From Lama glama (lineage: Eukaryota): DNA of 64,000 nt. Where the stretch lies: contig CM052818.1 in the NCBI GenBank assembly GCA_028534125.1, positions 45,820,001 to 45,884,000 on the forward strand, given 5' to 3'. Positions 35,801 through 49,387 of the stretch are shown piece after piece; position 1 is the stretch's first letter; each line of letters starts with the position of its first letter. Made by a program: the position numbers and the translations under genes. The notes beneath the pieces are model-generated. The model was not told where the DNA came from. It made no database searches and was given only the letters and a program-made list of their open reading frames with translations.

Positions 35801-38800
35801 CCTTCCTGTTGCCACAGCGCTGCCTTCCCACACCGCCCACACGTCAGCTTGGTTTCTACACAGACTGCAGACGGCCAGCGGGAGAGTCCCAGAGGCAGAC
35901 AGAGAATGGAGAGAGAGGAACGCAGGACACACCTGCGTGCTGTTGTCCCTGTCCCATCCTACAAGCAGGACCCGATGAACTTAAGTGCACTTGGCAGATG
36001 TGGTGATCTGGCACCTGCTGTCCCAAATAGTAGACTGTTTGTTTGAAATACGCAGATCTGGGTGCAGGTGTGACATGAGGCACACACAGACCACGTTCTA
36101 GCATCTCTGGGTACAGAATGGGATTGGGGGGGTGCGTCACGGGGAAGACTTGGCAGGCAAGCTGACTTCCACTCCAAACTTCTCGTGAGATATTCTGCAC
36201 TTTAAAAAAAGCTAAAGAAAAAGTCCCTGAGTAATTAGAGTTCACTTACATTTTGGAGGGATTTGGAGTCTTGCAAGAAGAGCATCTGCCATATAAAAGA
36301 AACCTGAACTCCCAGGCCCCGCACCACCTGAGACCTCGAGTCCAGGTAAAATCAGGGGCGACTAATGATGTCTGGTTGGAGCGAAGGTCCCCGGGGGAGC
36401 TCACACGGAGCAAAACTGTTTGAAAGGACAGGCTCAGAAAGCCATGTGAGGTGGACTCTCCGGGAAGGACCCAGGAGAAGGCGGGTTAATGTGACAAGCT
36501 GTCAAAGAAGAAAGTTCTAGAGAGGAGCTTATTGTTTCATGACAGTGGCAGGGTGGAGGAAGGGGGAAAACTAGACCAAAAAAAAAAGAATGGAAAACAA
36601 ACTCAAGTGACAGCACACTGGAGGCTGATGCGCTGCCTCAAACCTGTTCCACAGGACGCAGGCCTCACCACCAAAGCAAAGCTTCTTCGGCTGCCAAGTG
36701 TCTCCCTCGTCCAGCCGAACACACCGGGCCCGGCCCTCAGCCTCAGGCCTGTGCAGTGACGGACGTGTGCTGCTGTCACCTGCAGGTTCTGAAGTCCCCG
36801 GGCTGCAGTGCACTTTACATCTGCACAGACCTCTTGCCCAGACACCTGAGCCCACGTGAAGGGCTTTCCAGCCGAAGTCCACCCAAATTCGCTTTCAAAA
36901 AGAAACGTAGTAAGTTTCAAGGAGAAACCTGCCTTATGACCAGACCCAGAACAGTTTCTTCCAAGTCAGCTTCCAGTGGCCAACAATTCATTTCATATCA
37001 GCTGATCACAAATTTCCAAACAACAAAAACCTGTCATTTCCAATTCCGATCAAACCACAACTCTAAAGACTATTCATTCCCTATAAAGGAATGTGACTAT
37101 CTTTCTAGCACCAAAATTTTTATTTTTTAGTTTAATAAATACATATTTTCAAACTGCATAGGAGGATCCCACACCCACCCCAGAGTTGAAATAACGTCAT
37201 TTCAGAAGCCTCTCCACTACCTTGAGCTTCCCTGGTGGTCTCAGGACAGGACACACACAGAGCTCAGTTCAGTGGAGCCAGCCCACATCTGTTTGGACCC
37301 CAGAAGTCTCTTACCCTTCGTTTTAAAAGTAACAATGCTTCCTGGCTTCCTTTTTTATTTAGACCAGGGAGTATACACTTTTGTTTTAAATCTCCTGCCT
37401 ACATTTAATTGCAATTGCAAGTAAGACATTTGACTCACCTCTCTGCCTCCTCCCTCCCATTCACACTGGAAATTTAAAGTTGAGAAACAAACCAAACCTG
37501 TCCCTGCTTAATGCAACCAAACCGGCAACACCTTATTTTACTGGAGCACTTGATTGATGCTTCACCAGAATGGAATCCCTATAAATACAAGCAATATGCT
37601 CAGTGCAAACAAATTAAAAATTACTCTCACAATGAATTCCAAATATTATCCTTAGACAAAACAACAAACTGTTATTAAACTCATAAACCTGCATCCCACA
37701 AGCACACACAAAAAGTCTTAAGTTCAAGTTACCAGAATGGATACACCCTTCGACAGAATAAACTCTGTGAGCTGCAATAATTCCTCAGCAGGACTCCAAA
37801 CACTTTTGCTGAGACCGGAGACAAAAGTGAGAGACACCAGTGCTCCATCCCAACCCAGGCCCGCGTGCGAGGGCTTCCCAGTGCTCCTGCTGGGCTCTGC
37901 GTCCCACTTCCTTCTTTTGTAACACAAACCTTTCCGCGACACAGAAGACATCTGGTCCGGAAGGACAGTCCTGCAGAAGGCCTCGCAGTGCCTTTAGAGG
38001 GCTGACAGATTATGACAAGAAGGAAAAGCTCATGGAGGGATTGTTCCGTCTGGGAAATGGGATGCTCTAACTTTGTCCTCTCCCTTTTCCACGGGCCAGA
38101 GCACCACACTGAGGGGAAAAAATGTAAGGGAACTGAACCATGAAGAGACAAAAGTGTGTTGCAGTAGGCTCTGTCACCCCCAGAGGTAAGATCCTGCCAC
38201 CAGAAAGAGATGAGGCTCCACCTGCCTGTGAGGACTCTGACCACAAACTGACCCAGAGTGCTTCCTTCTGCAGGTCTGATGAAGGCATCAAAAGGCAACT
38301 GGGTCACACAACAGCACTGCAGGACAAACACCCAAACCTTCAGGCTGGTTTAAGCCACAGACGCATAACACAATAAGGAAAATCAGACTCTGTATCTGCT
38401 TCTTCTCTGACACTGTTCACTCCGGCAAGAGCTTACTGCAAAGCTGGCGGTAAATTCTGTGCTGCTAATATTTAAAAAATGAAACGTGTAGCTGCATCCC
38501 AATCCACCTTCTAACAAGGATTCAGAAGTCACCTTCGGAAAAAGCACGTTAGATATTTTGTATCTCTGGGGTTTCATTACATCTTTAAAAGGTTTGCTTG
38601 ATGCTGATGGAGATCACAGCTAAGCACAGACGATCAAAGGGCTCTTGGGCTCTGCTTTGAACTGTGCCTGTTCTCCTGTTTCCCACACTGTCTAGTTAGC
38701 TAATCAAGTCCGTCCCTGTGCCACCAGCAGATCCCCTGCCCGCGAGCGCTCCCCTGGGTTACAGGGCTCCCTCAGAGCTGGCTGGCCCAATTCGCACTTG

Positions 38801-39360
38801 ACCCCACACAGTTGTTTTCTGGCTTGTAATTTCCACTCCTCTGTGGGTGAACATCACTCATCCAACAAGCAACATAAACATTTTCCTTGCAGCACAGTGC
38901 TCTACTGCAAGAATCTGTGAGTCCATAATGCTTCTCTGTTAACAAGAACGCTTACACTTTTCAATGTTGTCCCATCAGGAACACTTTCTGTCCATTTCAA
39001 GGTCTAGATTCTTGCCTCCTCAGGGGATCTCATTTCGATGACCACCCAGCAAACATATTCCCACCTGCAGGACTCAGTGCTTTCCAACGGAGCTAAGCAG
39101 GGAGCCCGGCCTGGCTGAATGTGAACACAGGGAAGGCACTTCAAGCAGAGCACCGAGCATAAAACAGGCATCCAAAGCAGGTAATTCTCTCTCCCTAACT
39201 TCTTTTCCTCTATTTACTTTAGATCTTCGGGCTTTGAGGGGCCCTTACTTCACATCACTATCCAAATCTCACTGCTGTTGTAAACTCTCAGACTTACAAT
39301 TGAAGGAAAAAATTAAACCCTAGGCCACGATGTGCAGCCAGCCTATCCGGAATTACTCAC

Positions 39361-39531
39361 TTGGTTTTGTTTTTGTTTTGTTTTGTTTTGTTTTGGCGGC
39401 GGTGGGTAATCAGGTTTCTTTATGTATTTAAAAATTATTTTTAAATTTTATTTTTAGTGGAGGTACTGGGATTGAAACTAGGACCTTGTGCGTGCTAAGC
39501 ACGCGCACTACCACTAGGCTGTACCCTCCCC
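39361..39531 (-). mobile_element. tRNA-derived SINE (camelid Vic-1-like) with (AAAAC)n tail
   Basis: Minus strand GGGGAGGGTACAGCCTAGTGGTAGTGCGCGTGCTTAGCACGCACAAGGTCCTAGTTTCAATCCCAGTACCTCCA, with degenerate A/B boxes, then an AT-rich tail. Confidence 0.85.
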
Positions 39532-42500
39532 ACCAATTGGTTTTAGAAATACTGAAATTGGAGCAGAACAGATAGCCCCAATTTATAAATTATTTGTGTC
39601 TCCAAAGTTCATGTGCAAAGTTTCTTTTCCTTAGAAATATGATGTTATATTTAGGATCTGAGGCCACAAAAGCCGGTTCAACCCACAACATATCTGAACT
39701 ACAATACCGGCGTCCCAGCCCAGCTCTACCACAGTGCCTCAGCAACAGCAGACACTCAGTATTTGCTGGATAAAGTCAAGAACTCCTGCAATCGGGGGCA
39801 AGGTGCACGGTTAGCTCTGGATGAAATCTTTATATAGTCCCAGTCTGCTTTTATCTTTCCTCTCACCTTTCCTTATGCCTCTCCCCCATTTCCTAACTCT
39901 CTCTTCCCCAAGTGGCCAGAGCCCTCCTATCTCACAGATTCTAAACTTTCAGCACCTCACTAGAGCACCACCTTTTCATATTTCAAAGGGAACTGCCTCT
40001 TCTCCCTGCCAAAATTATCCCAAGCAACTGATCTCAGCTGCAAACCAGCAGGCAGAGAAATTTCATTAAGTCATTTCTCAATGAAATGTGAATGTCAGAT
40101 GACCTTTCACTTGTCTGGACATACCTAACTCTTGAAAAGACTACCCAAACAAACCTAATTTTGTGCGTAGTACAGAAAAATGAATGAAATCCATTCACAG
40201 TGGAGAGACCAGTGCTGCCAGGGGGATTGTTTCTAAAATATTTCTGCTTTTCAAAGCAACTTCCTTCTCCCCTGCTGCTTTGAAATCGAATGATTTTTTT
40301 TTTACAAGTTTCATAACTTCTTCAGGTTTCCATGGTAACAGCAAGTATATGATTATGCTGATAAGTGGAGTGTGCACAAGGACAGCATAAGATGAGTCTA
40401 GCATGGACAGTGCTTTTCCCAAACTGGAACATAAGCCAAGGTGTTCAAGATTCAACCTGCTATGTCCTGAAAACGGTCAGCTCCGAAGAGCAGCAGAAGC
40501 TACAGAGAAGATACTCAGGTTGACGTGGGGAGAGAATTCTGGTTTTCCTCATCCTGGCCTGGCCAAAACAGGTATATTAGACATTAGATTTTTTTTTTTT
40601 AAGTGGGGAGAAGGGAATGCCACATATCTCCAATAAACCCTACGTTTGTGCGGAGAATGAATTGGATTTAAGAATCAAGTATCCTAAATTAGAATAAGAA
40701 AGTGGGATGCTTTCAGAAAAAGAAGTGAAAAAAAAATCCATACAGGATTCTGCATGTACATCTGTTCACTCTGGTTGCCTTGGGGCATCAATTACTTTAA
40801 GTGTAAAAACAGAAAACATCAACTTGGCCAGAGAAAGCAAAATATCTACAGACTTAATTTCAACACACACTTGAAGTTGGTGCCTGATACCAGCTTCAAA
40901 AGGCAGCAGCCTCATTAAGAAATGACATGAGCCCCATCTGGTAGCCGGCAAAGGCTTAAAAAAATCAAGTCAGTGCTGGGGGTCTGGAAGGGGGAGTGAA
41001 ACTGACTTCAGCTACGTCAATTAACAATGCTATTAAGGCTACTTAGGACACGCCTCCGACAACAGTTCTCTTTAATACAAACATGCTGAAGGCCTTCAGA
41101 ATAAAACCAGCCATTATCCGGACTCGTCATCTTGGCTTTCATTACTCCCACCCCGAAGAGTGACACATCAAACAAACAAAGCACCCTGCCCATGCACGGG
41201 GCCTTTCCGCCAAGATCTCCACGCACCCTGACAAGTGCTTATTAATCCTGATGACACTCCAACAAAGATGAGAGCTGGCCACTCCGACCTTTTCACTCTC
41301 CTATGGGCATCGGGGCAAAAACTGAGGGAGTGAACCAAGGGACCAACCCAAGCTCACAGGTAAGTCAGAAGAGCGAACGCGGGACTTAGACGTTCCTGAT
41401 GCGCGTCTGCACAGTTCCTCAGTCAGCCCCGAACGGCGAATAGGAAATACCTCCCTCGTCTGATTTAAGAACAGGAGCACCAGCTGCGGGGCACAGGGCC
41501 AACTCTTCTCACAGGCCGCTTGCACACTGAGTCCTACTATATTTAATTTCAAAATAACTGTAACAATGATTATGTAAAATGAAAAGTTTACTTTTCCTTC
41601 TATTAGCCTCTCTATAGTGAATTCACTGTTTAATCAAGCACCCTGGAGACGTCTGTACAGGATGGAAATGGCCAGCAGGAAGAGTTTAATGCAGTGATGG
41701 TAACTTGAGCTTCCTTACAGACTGGTGGACCCCACTTCTATACCCTGCTCTCTTAAAGACACATTTTTGCCACAGACGCCACAACACCGTAAGAAAGGGG
41801 AGTGATTATAATACAAACACAACATGGTTCAAAGGAATCCAGTCATATGATTTTTTAAAAGCAATCCTAGGCAGTAAAAAAGTAAATTCTACAATACTTA
41901 GTACCTAATGCAGTGTCTTATTCTGTAATTGCTACAATTCTTGATGAATAAATAAAAGAAAAAATAAAAGAGAGGTTGGAAAAAGACAGGAAGATGATTG
42001 TAACTTTGTACCAGGTTCCTGATATAGAAGACTATCCCTAATCCTGCACAAGCACTAAACATCAATCTTATTTTAACAACTGTCCCCAAATTAACGTTTC
42101 CATTGTGCTGCCTGAGCTCCCAGTTTTTAAACTAATGCAAAGGAAAAAAATGCCAGAACTTTGATAATTTAGTGAGGAGAAGGGTTGTACTAAAAAGGAA
42201 AAAGGCTGTGGGAAAGGCAGAAATGACTTAAAAATATGGTTAATTTTTCTTAAAAGGTACTAAAAATTCCGCACACAATTATCCAAGTGACCATCCGAAT
42301 TGGAGGCAATTCTTCACTTGTAAAAGCCCAAGAGAGAAGAATCTTAAACGAGCTGTATCTAGAGGGGAGAGATATGAAACAGAGCATTGCTAATGACAAC
42401 CTGTCCTCGAGGGCCTCTCTGCAAAAACTCCCACAGCTTCCCAGGCACTGCTCCAGCAACCTTTACAACACGCCTCAAGGAGGGAGGAGACAGGTACTAA

Positions 42501-42992
42501 CTCCACTCTGCAAAGGAGGAAATGGAGCCCAGGGAGCGAGGAGTCGGGCCTGAGCCCAGACGGGGAGCCAGCCCCATGATGGGGGCTCCCAACCACACCA
42601 CGTACGGTGAAGAGTGTCCACAAAAACTGTCTTTTGGGAGGAAGAAGAGAACAGAAAGGGGAGAAGGATGGTTTCATGACACCTGGGAAGATGCTGTACT
42701 TTCAGATAACGTGAGATAATGAAAAGAGAGGAAGTGAGAACCAGCCAGTGGCAACCGGAGGAGAGGGCTGGCAGGGGAGCGGGGCCATCCCTTCTCCCGG
42801 AGTCCTGTCCCACCTCGTGCCCCTCACGACTGTGGCCGTCACCTCTCCTCTGAGCCCTGCTTGTTCTCCCCATTCCTTAGCAAAGGAGTGAGAACAAGTA
42901 GAGCTGAAAAAAAAAATTGGTTATCAAGCCATTAAGGATCCCGTCCTCCTCCAAGAGCAGGTGATTCAGGAGGCCCTGGCTCTGTCACCCAC

Positions 42993-43087
42993 CTTTGCCT
43001 CATCGTTTATGTCCCAAGTGAAAGAAATGGCGTTGTAAGCAATCTCCTCAATGTTACTGATGGTGTTGAAGCTTTCTTTGTAGTCAG
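42993..43087 (-). CDS. GRHL1: GRHL1 exon 8 ([31 protein letters not shown])
   Basis: catccag|CTGACTAC ... GCAAAG|gtgggt; 95 nt; followed by 17.4 kb intron 8. Confidence 0.97.
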
Positions 43088-44045
43088 CTGGATGAGGGAT
43101 GAGAAAGAAAAAAATTCACGATTTCTGCTTTTCAACATGAGATTGCAGCAGCTCGAAGTGAGACTCAGCTTTTCATGTTATCATCTCGGGATAATATACA
43201 TTAATATTTTGTTGGGTCAAAAGAAGTTCAAAAAGTGAAGAAAAAGAATCACAGAAGTTTTGTAACAGAGGCAAGCTTAGATATATTTGATTTTATCCCA
43301 TTATGTTAAAATTAGGATATTTAGGTCTAAAAAGCTTAAATAATTGTCCCAAGGCCACAAACCTAGTCCAGAGAACCAAGACTGGAACTCAGTTCTTTTA
43401 ATTCTTCTGAAAGAGCACAAACATTACTAAAGGCAAAGAAAAGAAGTTACACGAAGATTAAGAGCCGTCTTGTGATACAGACCATGGTTTTACATGAAAA
43501 TTATATACATGGCAAGAGCAGGGTTTTTCATAAAGCCGCTTGACTAAGTACAGATTTGCACAGGTCTACACCCCAGGTGATGAGTCTCCGGGTCTATTTA
43601 CAGACAGAAGAGACCCACCATGCAGCTTAGCAGGTCTCTCGGGAAGACTGTGTGTGACTGCCCAGCAGCAGTATTTTTCTTACTTGTTGAGCCTTTTTCT
43701 CCACCTTATTATCATCTCCAAATAATCTGAATCTCTTAAAGAAGACATTACCCCTCAAAAAATTTGTAGACTGTAAAGCAGGACACTGCTATGTGAGTTG
43801 ACTACACAGCTCCTGGCCCCAGTGTCACATGGAAAGCCACTGCGCAGGGCATGTGTCCTCGTGAAGGAAGTAATGTTAAGAGCACTGATTCCAGGAGGCC
43901 AAGGACAGTGTCTGGAACAGATCAGTAGCTGGCATAAAAATTCAAATGCGTTCGGCAGGAAGTTGCTTACTGCCAAAAATAACTGGATTTAGAAAACTGG
44001 ATGTTTGCACCTCTGGGAATAAAAGCAAGCTCCGGAGCCACTTAC

Positions 44046-44157
44046 CTATGTCAATGCATCTTTGTTTCGCTGTGTGCTGCCGGGAGTGCCAGTATTTCCA
44101 ATGCCTCAGCTGGTCTTCTCTGCTTTTGTCCTCAGCAAACACCACCATGATCACACT
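44046..44157 (-). CDS. GRHL1: GRHL1 exon 7 ([38 protein letters not shown])
   Basis: tctttcatag|AGTGTG ... ATAG|gtaagt; 112 nt. Confidence 0.97.
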
Positions 44158-44346
44158 CTATGAAAGAGAATGCATTACCACGTAAAGACCCTGCGGGGTG
44201 AGTATTTTCTGGAAAATTTACTGAGCTTTAGATTTTGCAGTGAATTAAAACTGCGATTTGAGATTTTAATTTAGATCTGCTTCCAACCTGGAAACAATAA
44301 GCTCTGAGCAGCTTTCTTGGACCAGAGAACTGAGAGCAGAACTTAC

Positions 44347-44503
44347 TCGGACTTTGCTGATGGGGTGGTGGATTCCCTCATTGCTGCTCACTTCCTTCAA
44401 GGTGACAGGGTAGAACTGGCCTTTGTTCAGGTAGGTCATGGTGCTATCGCCCGGCTTCTGTCGCAGCGATTTTGAGGCTTCCAGGGTATACTCAAAGTTG
44501 TTC
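44347..44503 (-). CDS. GRHL1: GRHL1 exon 6 (start of Grh/CP2 DNA-binding domain, [12 protein letters not shown]...ISKVR)
   Basis: ttctttag|GAACAAC ... GTCCGA|gtaagt; 157 nt. Confidence 0.97.
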
Positions 44504-44897
44504 CTAAAGAACAAAACAAAGTCACAGATCCCTGATCTACTCTCTTGGAAGCTTCCCATATGCTTGAGCTCAGACTTGAAATGCTTCAGGGTGGATGTAT
44601 GCAAACAGCAGACGCCTAGAAACATCCCACTGACCGTTGTCATATTATAAATAGCATTTGCTGCTTTTTCTAAAATATGACCTTAAGCAACCCAGAAAGT
44701 CTCAAATCTCAGATGTGGGGCTGAGAGGCTGGAAGGCCCGTGAATAAATTCAATTTGGGCTGCACAGCACCTTTTTGTTGTTTTTGGTTATAATTTCAAT
44801 GTCCTTAGACGGCACTCCACAGTTCTCACTACATTTTCTATTATTTTATAGCACCACGAATATATTCCCCTGAAGCTGTTTAATAACCTTGTTAGGC

Positions 44898-45112
44898 CAG
44901 GGGTTGGCAAATTACACCTACTTTTATAAATAAAGTTTTATTGGAATGTAGCCACGCCCTTCATTTATGCATTATCTACTGCCGTGTCTGGGCCGCGTCT
45001 GTGCGACAGCGACAGGGCTGGGCAGAGCTGGGCAGTTGCGACAGAGGCTGTGTGGCCCACAAAGCCTGAAATATTTACTATCTGATCCTTCACAGAAGTT
45101 TGCTGACCTCTC
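44898..45112. mobile_element. hAT-Charlie MITE (MER58A-like)
   Basis: caggggttggcaaa ... ggcccacaaagcctgaaatatttactatctg ... tttgctgacctct. Confidence 0.78.
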
Positions 45113-45809
45113 TCCTAGATCCTTGAGACATCTGAGTTTGTGACTCCTGTACCTTGAGGCAGGTCTTTAAGGAAGTCTCAATTCCCATAAAATCCTAGAC
45201 TTTTAAATAAAACTTTAAAAACAGAACACATATAAAAATGTATAGAACAAAATTACAAAATGAAATCCTAGACTCCTAAAAAAATCTGAAGATGTATATA
45301 TTTATGTATCTTGGAAAACATTCATATGCCCAGACTGAGACACAATTTTGTGACGTCTACAAGACAGGCAGGAAAGCAGCCCAGGGAACAGCTGGCTTCA
45401 CTTATTTTATCGTTAGTGAGACTAATAAAAATATAAAAGCCTTTATTCACCAATGTTATTCCTAAATTCTCACAGAATTATACACTTATGGAAACAGAAG
45501 TCACCTCTCAGAGATCTAATTTCTTCCCTTCATCTCTTCTCTGAGATTTCATTCTACTACCATCATATAAAGAAACTGAAGAAGAGAAAAAGCACCAACA
45601 CCAAGAATTAGGGGAACATGAAACACAGACCAGAGTTCAGAATTGAATGCACTGAAGCAGATGTCCTCCAGCAAAGACGCCACCACAGTCACTGCAGGAA
45701 GAGAAAGGCGAAAGCCACCGAAGCCAGCTCTGATTTTTCAAGATCAAATTAACAAAGAAGAAGTCGGAAAAGCTGAAAGTTAAACATCAAATTAAAAGAC
45801 AACTATTAC

Positions 45810-45886
45810 CCAGAAACACTGTCAAAAACATAGTCCTCTGAATTCATGCCAGGCATCCGCAGACTGAGGTCCGAGGGGAAGAAAAC
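45810..45886 (-). CDS. GRHL1: GRHL1 exon 5 (VFFPSDLSLRMPGMNSEDYVFDSVS-G)
   Basis: gtatttcag|GTTTTC ... TCTGG|gtaata; 77 nt. Confidence 0.96.
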
Positions 45887-46925
45887 CTGAAATACCAACG
45901 TTGATAAGCCACAACGATTTCACTTGTTAGCAGGCTCACTGAAGACCAACGTCTGGTACAGCATAAAGGTATGTGGCTTACGGCAAGTCACTACTCTTTC
46001 AAAACTCATCTAAAATAAAAATTTTAACTCTACAAAAATTTTTAGAAGACAATTAAAAAGAAAAAAATACCCATTTTATAAGCCACTTGATGAAGTCAGG
46101 ACAATCTATGCAGGTGCTTCCACAAAGAGCTTCGTTACTCTCTTTTTCCATCTTTCCCACACATCCCAATTCTGTTCAAACATTAGAATCTGCAACCAAA
46201 ATCTCATGACTTTCAACTTGGTACAGCTCTATCACTGTACCAAGTTAAGGTACAGGATCGAGTTCGCACCAAGGCTGGACGGACTGGTGCACCTTCTCAG
46301 GAAAGGCTTCTGTTCTACTCCTCCCTCCATAAGCGGAGGCAGAGGCTCCTTTCCCCCACGAGTCACTGAACACAGTCCCAAACATCTCCAGTCCCTAACT
46401 TTTACTTGTGTTCATCGCCACAAAACCCTCACACGTATTTGGGATTAGTCGGTAAATTTCACACATTGTCATTTGTCATCAAGATCTACCTGCCTCCCTG
46501 ACAATACTACCAGCCAAGCAACACCGAGCAGACACGCGGCAAATCGCTTTCTATTAAGGCCAGTTGCAGCGAGCCTGGTTCGGTCTGGGACAGAAGTCGA
46601 ACACAGGCTATGTGGATGTATCTGTTGTCGATGGAAGATTATGTACGTGCTTCTCCTTCTCCTTCTCCAGCAAATCACTTAGCTGAAATCAGAATTGTTA
46701 ACTCAGCTGCTGGTAAGATTAGCTGTGTGCCCTTGATAATAAGTTCTGGTTTTATAGGTTTAGTTTACAAATTATACCCATGGGCCTCTCTTTAAAAAAA
46801 AACTCTTTTGTTCCCAATCCATTCACTTCAGGCTGTGTTTCAAGCTTACGTAACAAGGAAGAGGTGGAACCCAATACTTATACAAACACACAGCCGTCTT
46901 AGGAAGATGCTTTCATTTCCTGTAC

Positions 46926-47316
46926 CTCCTGAACGCCCTCCTTGAAGGTCTCTGAGAAGGTAGAGTCTGGAGTACGTCTTTGAGCATTTGGGGGTTGAGC
47001 ACCAGAGCTGAACTGGTCATTATTTAGGTTCCGGTCGAAAACCACCACACGCTCAGTGGGCTCAGGATGATACACTGCTGGGGGGATCCCGACAGCAAAG
47101 CCGTGGGGCTGGGTTTCCGTCTTGATGGAGTGTGTAGGCATCGCTGCTATGGAGACAGTGACTGTAGTGTCAGGAGCTGTTAGGTGGCCTCTCTTGTCTA
47201 TGCCCAGCTGGTTGCCGTGGGGAAGGACAATGTTAAAGGGCACATTTTTCAGCACCTGCACTCTGTTTTCTCCAGCAGAAATGAGGGGCTGCTCAGTCAC
47301 ATTTGGTATGCTGTTT
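46926..47316 (-). CDS. GRHL1: GRHL1 exon 4 (NSIPNVTEQPL...TFKEGVQE)
   Basis: ttttcttaaag|AAACAGC ... CAGGAG|gtacag; 391 nt; ORF 46899..47300. Confidence 0.96.
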
Positions 47317-47539
47317 CTTTAAGAAAAGAAAAGACAATTGTGTTTTCAAACTCAATGCTGATACAGTTCCTTGATAATTTTTATTCTCCTAATGGCACTG
47401 GGCTGTTAGGTCCTGTGCAAAATAATAATAATACACTTGGTAGAAACCAAATACATAGAAAATAGCACGACAACCCATTACTGGAGAAAGAAAAAAACAC
47501 TTCATAGTTATAGGTCAAGTGAAACGTTACTAGTTGGAG

Positions 47540-47740
47540 CAGTACAGGGTGGTGGCTAAAGTACACACTCTGGAGTCAGATGACCTAGGTTCAAAATCCC
47601 TTAGTAACTACATGCTCTGGTCTATAAAATCAGGATAATAACGGTACCTATGCTCACAAGGTGGTGATGAGGACGAAACGAGGATACACTGAAAAGCTTG
47701 TACTGCTGCTGGGCACACAGGGGCTCAGAAGTGTGATTAC
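47540..47740 (+). mobile_element. MIR in intron 3
   Basis: ctctggagtcagatgacctaggttcaaa; tctataaaatcaggataataacggtaccta. Confidence 0.7.
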
Positions 47741-48405
47741 TGGTACTCAGCCACCACTTTCCTACTGCTTAGGCTTATCTGCTTTCTCTTTCACTCCCCT
47801 TCCCCCTAAAAAAACCCCTATGATCACACTACAGCAGATATATTTGCATAAAATTATTTTTGGCTTAATAAATATCCTGGGCTATATAAGACAATTTGTA
47901 ATCTAAGGTAAAATTAATAAATTTTCAAAGCCCCCTCAAATCCTATAGGCTGATGCCTTTAAGGAAAAAAGCAATTGGGCAACTTTGTGCATTTCATGAT
48001 CAATAAAATATTCAAATCTTAAACCACAAATTCACTCCTAAGACTCTGTTTTAAGGAAATCCCTTTAGAGAAAAAGGGAAAAAAAAGGAAAAAGATATCT
48101 ACAAAGTTGTTCATTAGGCTTTGTAGTAGCAAAACATTAGATACAGACTTAAGGATAGCTATGGTTTGCTTTAAAATACTCCAGCAAAAATAAATAAAAT
48201 CTTAAAATTAACTAAAAAGTTGGAGAAGAGGAAAGAGTAGATCAAACAGGAAGAATTAAGTTTATATCTGTTGAAGCTGAGTATCTGTGGGCTCACACTA
48301 TTTCTCTGTTTTTGTTGTGTTTGAAAGTACCCATAAGAAAAAGTGAAAAATGAAAGCCATAAGCCCTTCTCTAAGGGGTAATTATGAAGATTAAAATAGG
48401 AATAT

Positions 48406-48640
48406 AGTTTGAGATTTGCAGATACTGACTGGTATATATAAAATAGATAAACAGGTTTATACTGTATAGCACAGGGAACTGTATTCGATATATCTTGTAG
48501 TAGCTTACTGTGAAAAAGAATATGAAAATGAATATACGTATATTCATATATGACTGAAGCATTGTGCTGTACACCAGAAATTGACACAACTTTGTAAACT
48601 GACTATACCTCAATAAAAACAGTAAAAAAAGAAACAAAAA
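48406..48640 (+). mobile_element. 5'-truncated L1 3' end in intron 3
   Basis: Same artiodactyl-type L1 3' motifs and an A-rich tail; TSD not clear. Confidence 0.85.
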
Positions 48641-49387
48641 ACCCCAGCAATATGGAAAATACCTATGAAACAGACTAAGTAGAAGAAAGCATACGACAAA
48701 CCCTATCTGTGAACACAACCACAACCACATACAATGAGCCTGCGTACCCAATCAGTGAATAAATAAATAGCTAGGACAGTGGGATTCTGAGTGATCGTTC
48801 TTGTTTAAAAAATGTTTTATCCCTTTCTTACTAATAGAACACAGGAAAATATGAAAGGTGTATGTAAGTTTTTTTCATGGCTATAAAGTCAAGCCTTAGT
48901 TCAATTTTCTGGAAGTATCAACCTTCCAGATCCCCCAAAATAACTTCAACAGGAGTTGGGAATACAGTTGAACATACTTCATTAAGTTTTACTTAGTTAG
49001 GCAGTTATTCAATATCATTGGTACTTCTTGTTTTGATGGACCCTCACCATTGCCTTAAGCCACATCCTTCTTAAGAGAACCTTAAAGGCAAATAAGCAAA
49101 TATTTCACTTACATTATTAATAAAAACATCCTTTTGGATGAGGAAAAAGTTAACAGTTTTGTTTTCTTGAAAAGGCAACTACACCTGAAGAAACTAGTAA
49201 CTTCTCAGCAACAGAATCCTAACTAGTAAGAGGCAGATCTGATATGAAATCTGAATTTAGACATGGAAGAGTCCAGGGGATCCACCCCTTCCATGAGAGT
49301 CTGATCCTTAAACAAACTCTCGTTCGATTTTCACAGAAGCCTGGCATTTGTCAAGTGCACTGTCTTACGCTCTTTATTAAACATTAC

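Noticed and set aside
37729..38331. 200-aa minus-strand ORF in intron 8, and 166-199 aa ORFs at 1669-2714
   Set aside because: No recognisable domain or family similarity and no supporting gene structure; consistent with chance.
39447..39452. Sense AATAAA in the SINE tail as an intronic poly(A) site
   Set aside because: Many such hexamers occur in these AT-rich introns, and there is no clear downstream GU element.
47317..49387. Alternative first exon in intron 3, recalled for a shorter rodent isoform
   Set aside because: I could not find a convincing matching exon by eye; transcript data are needed.
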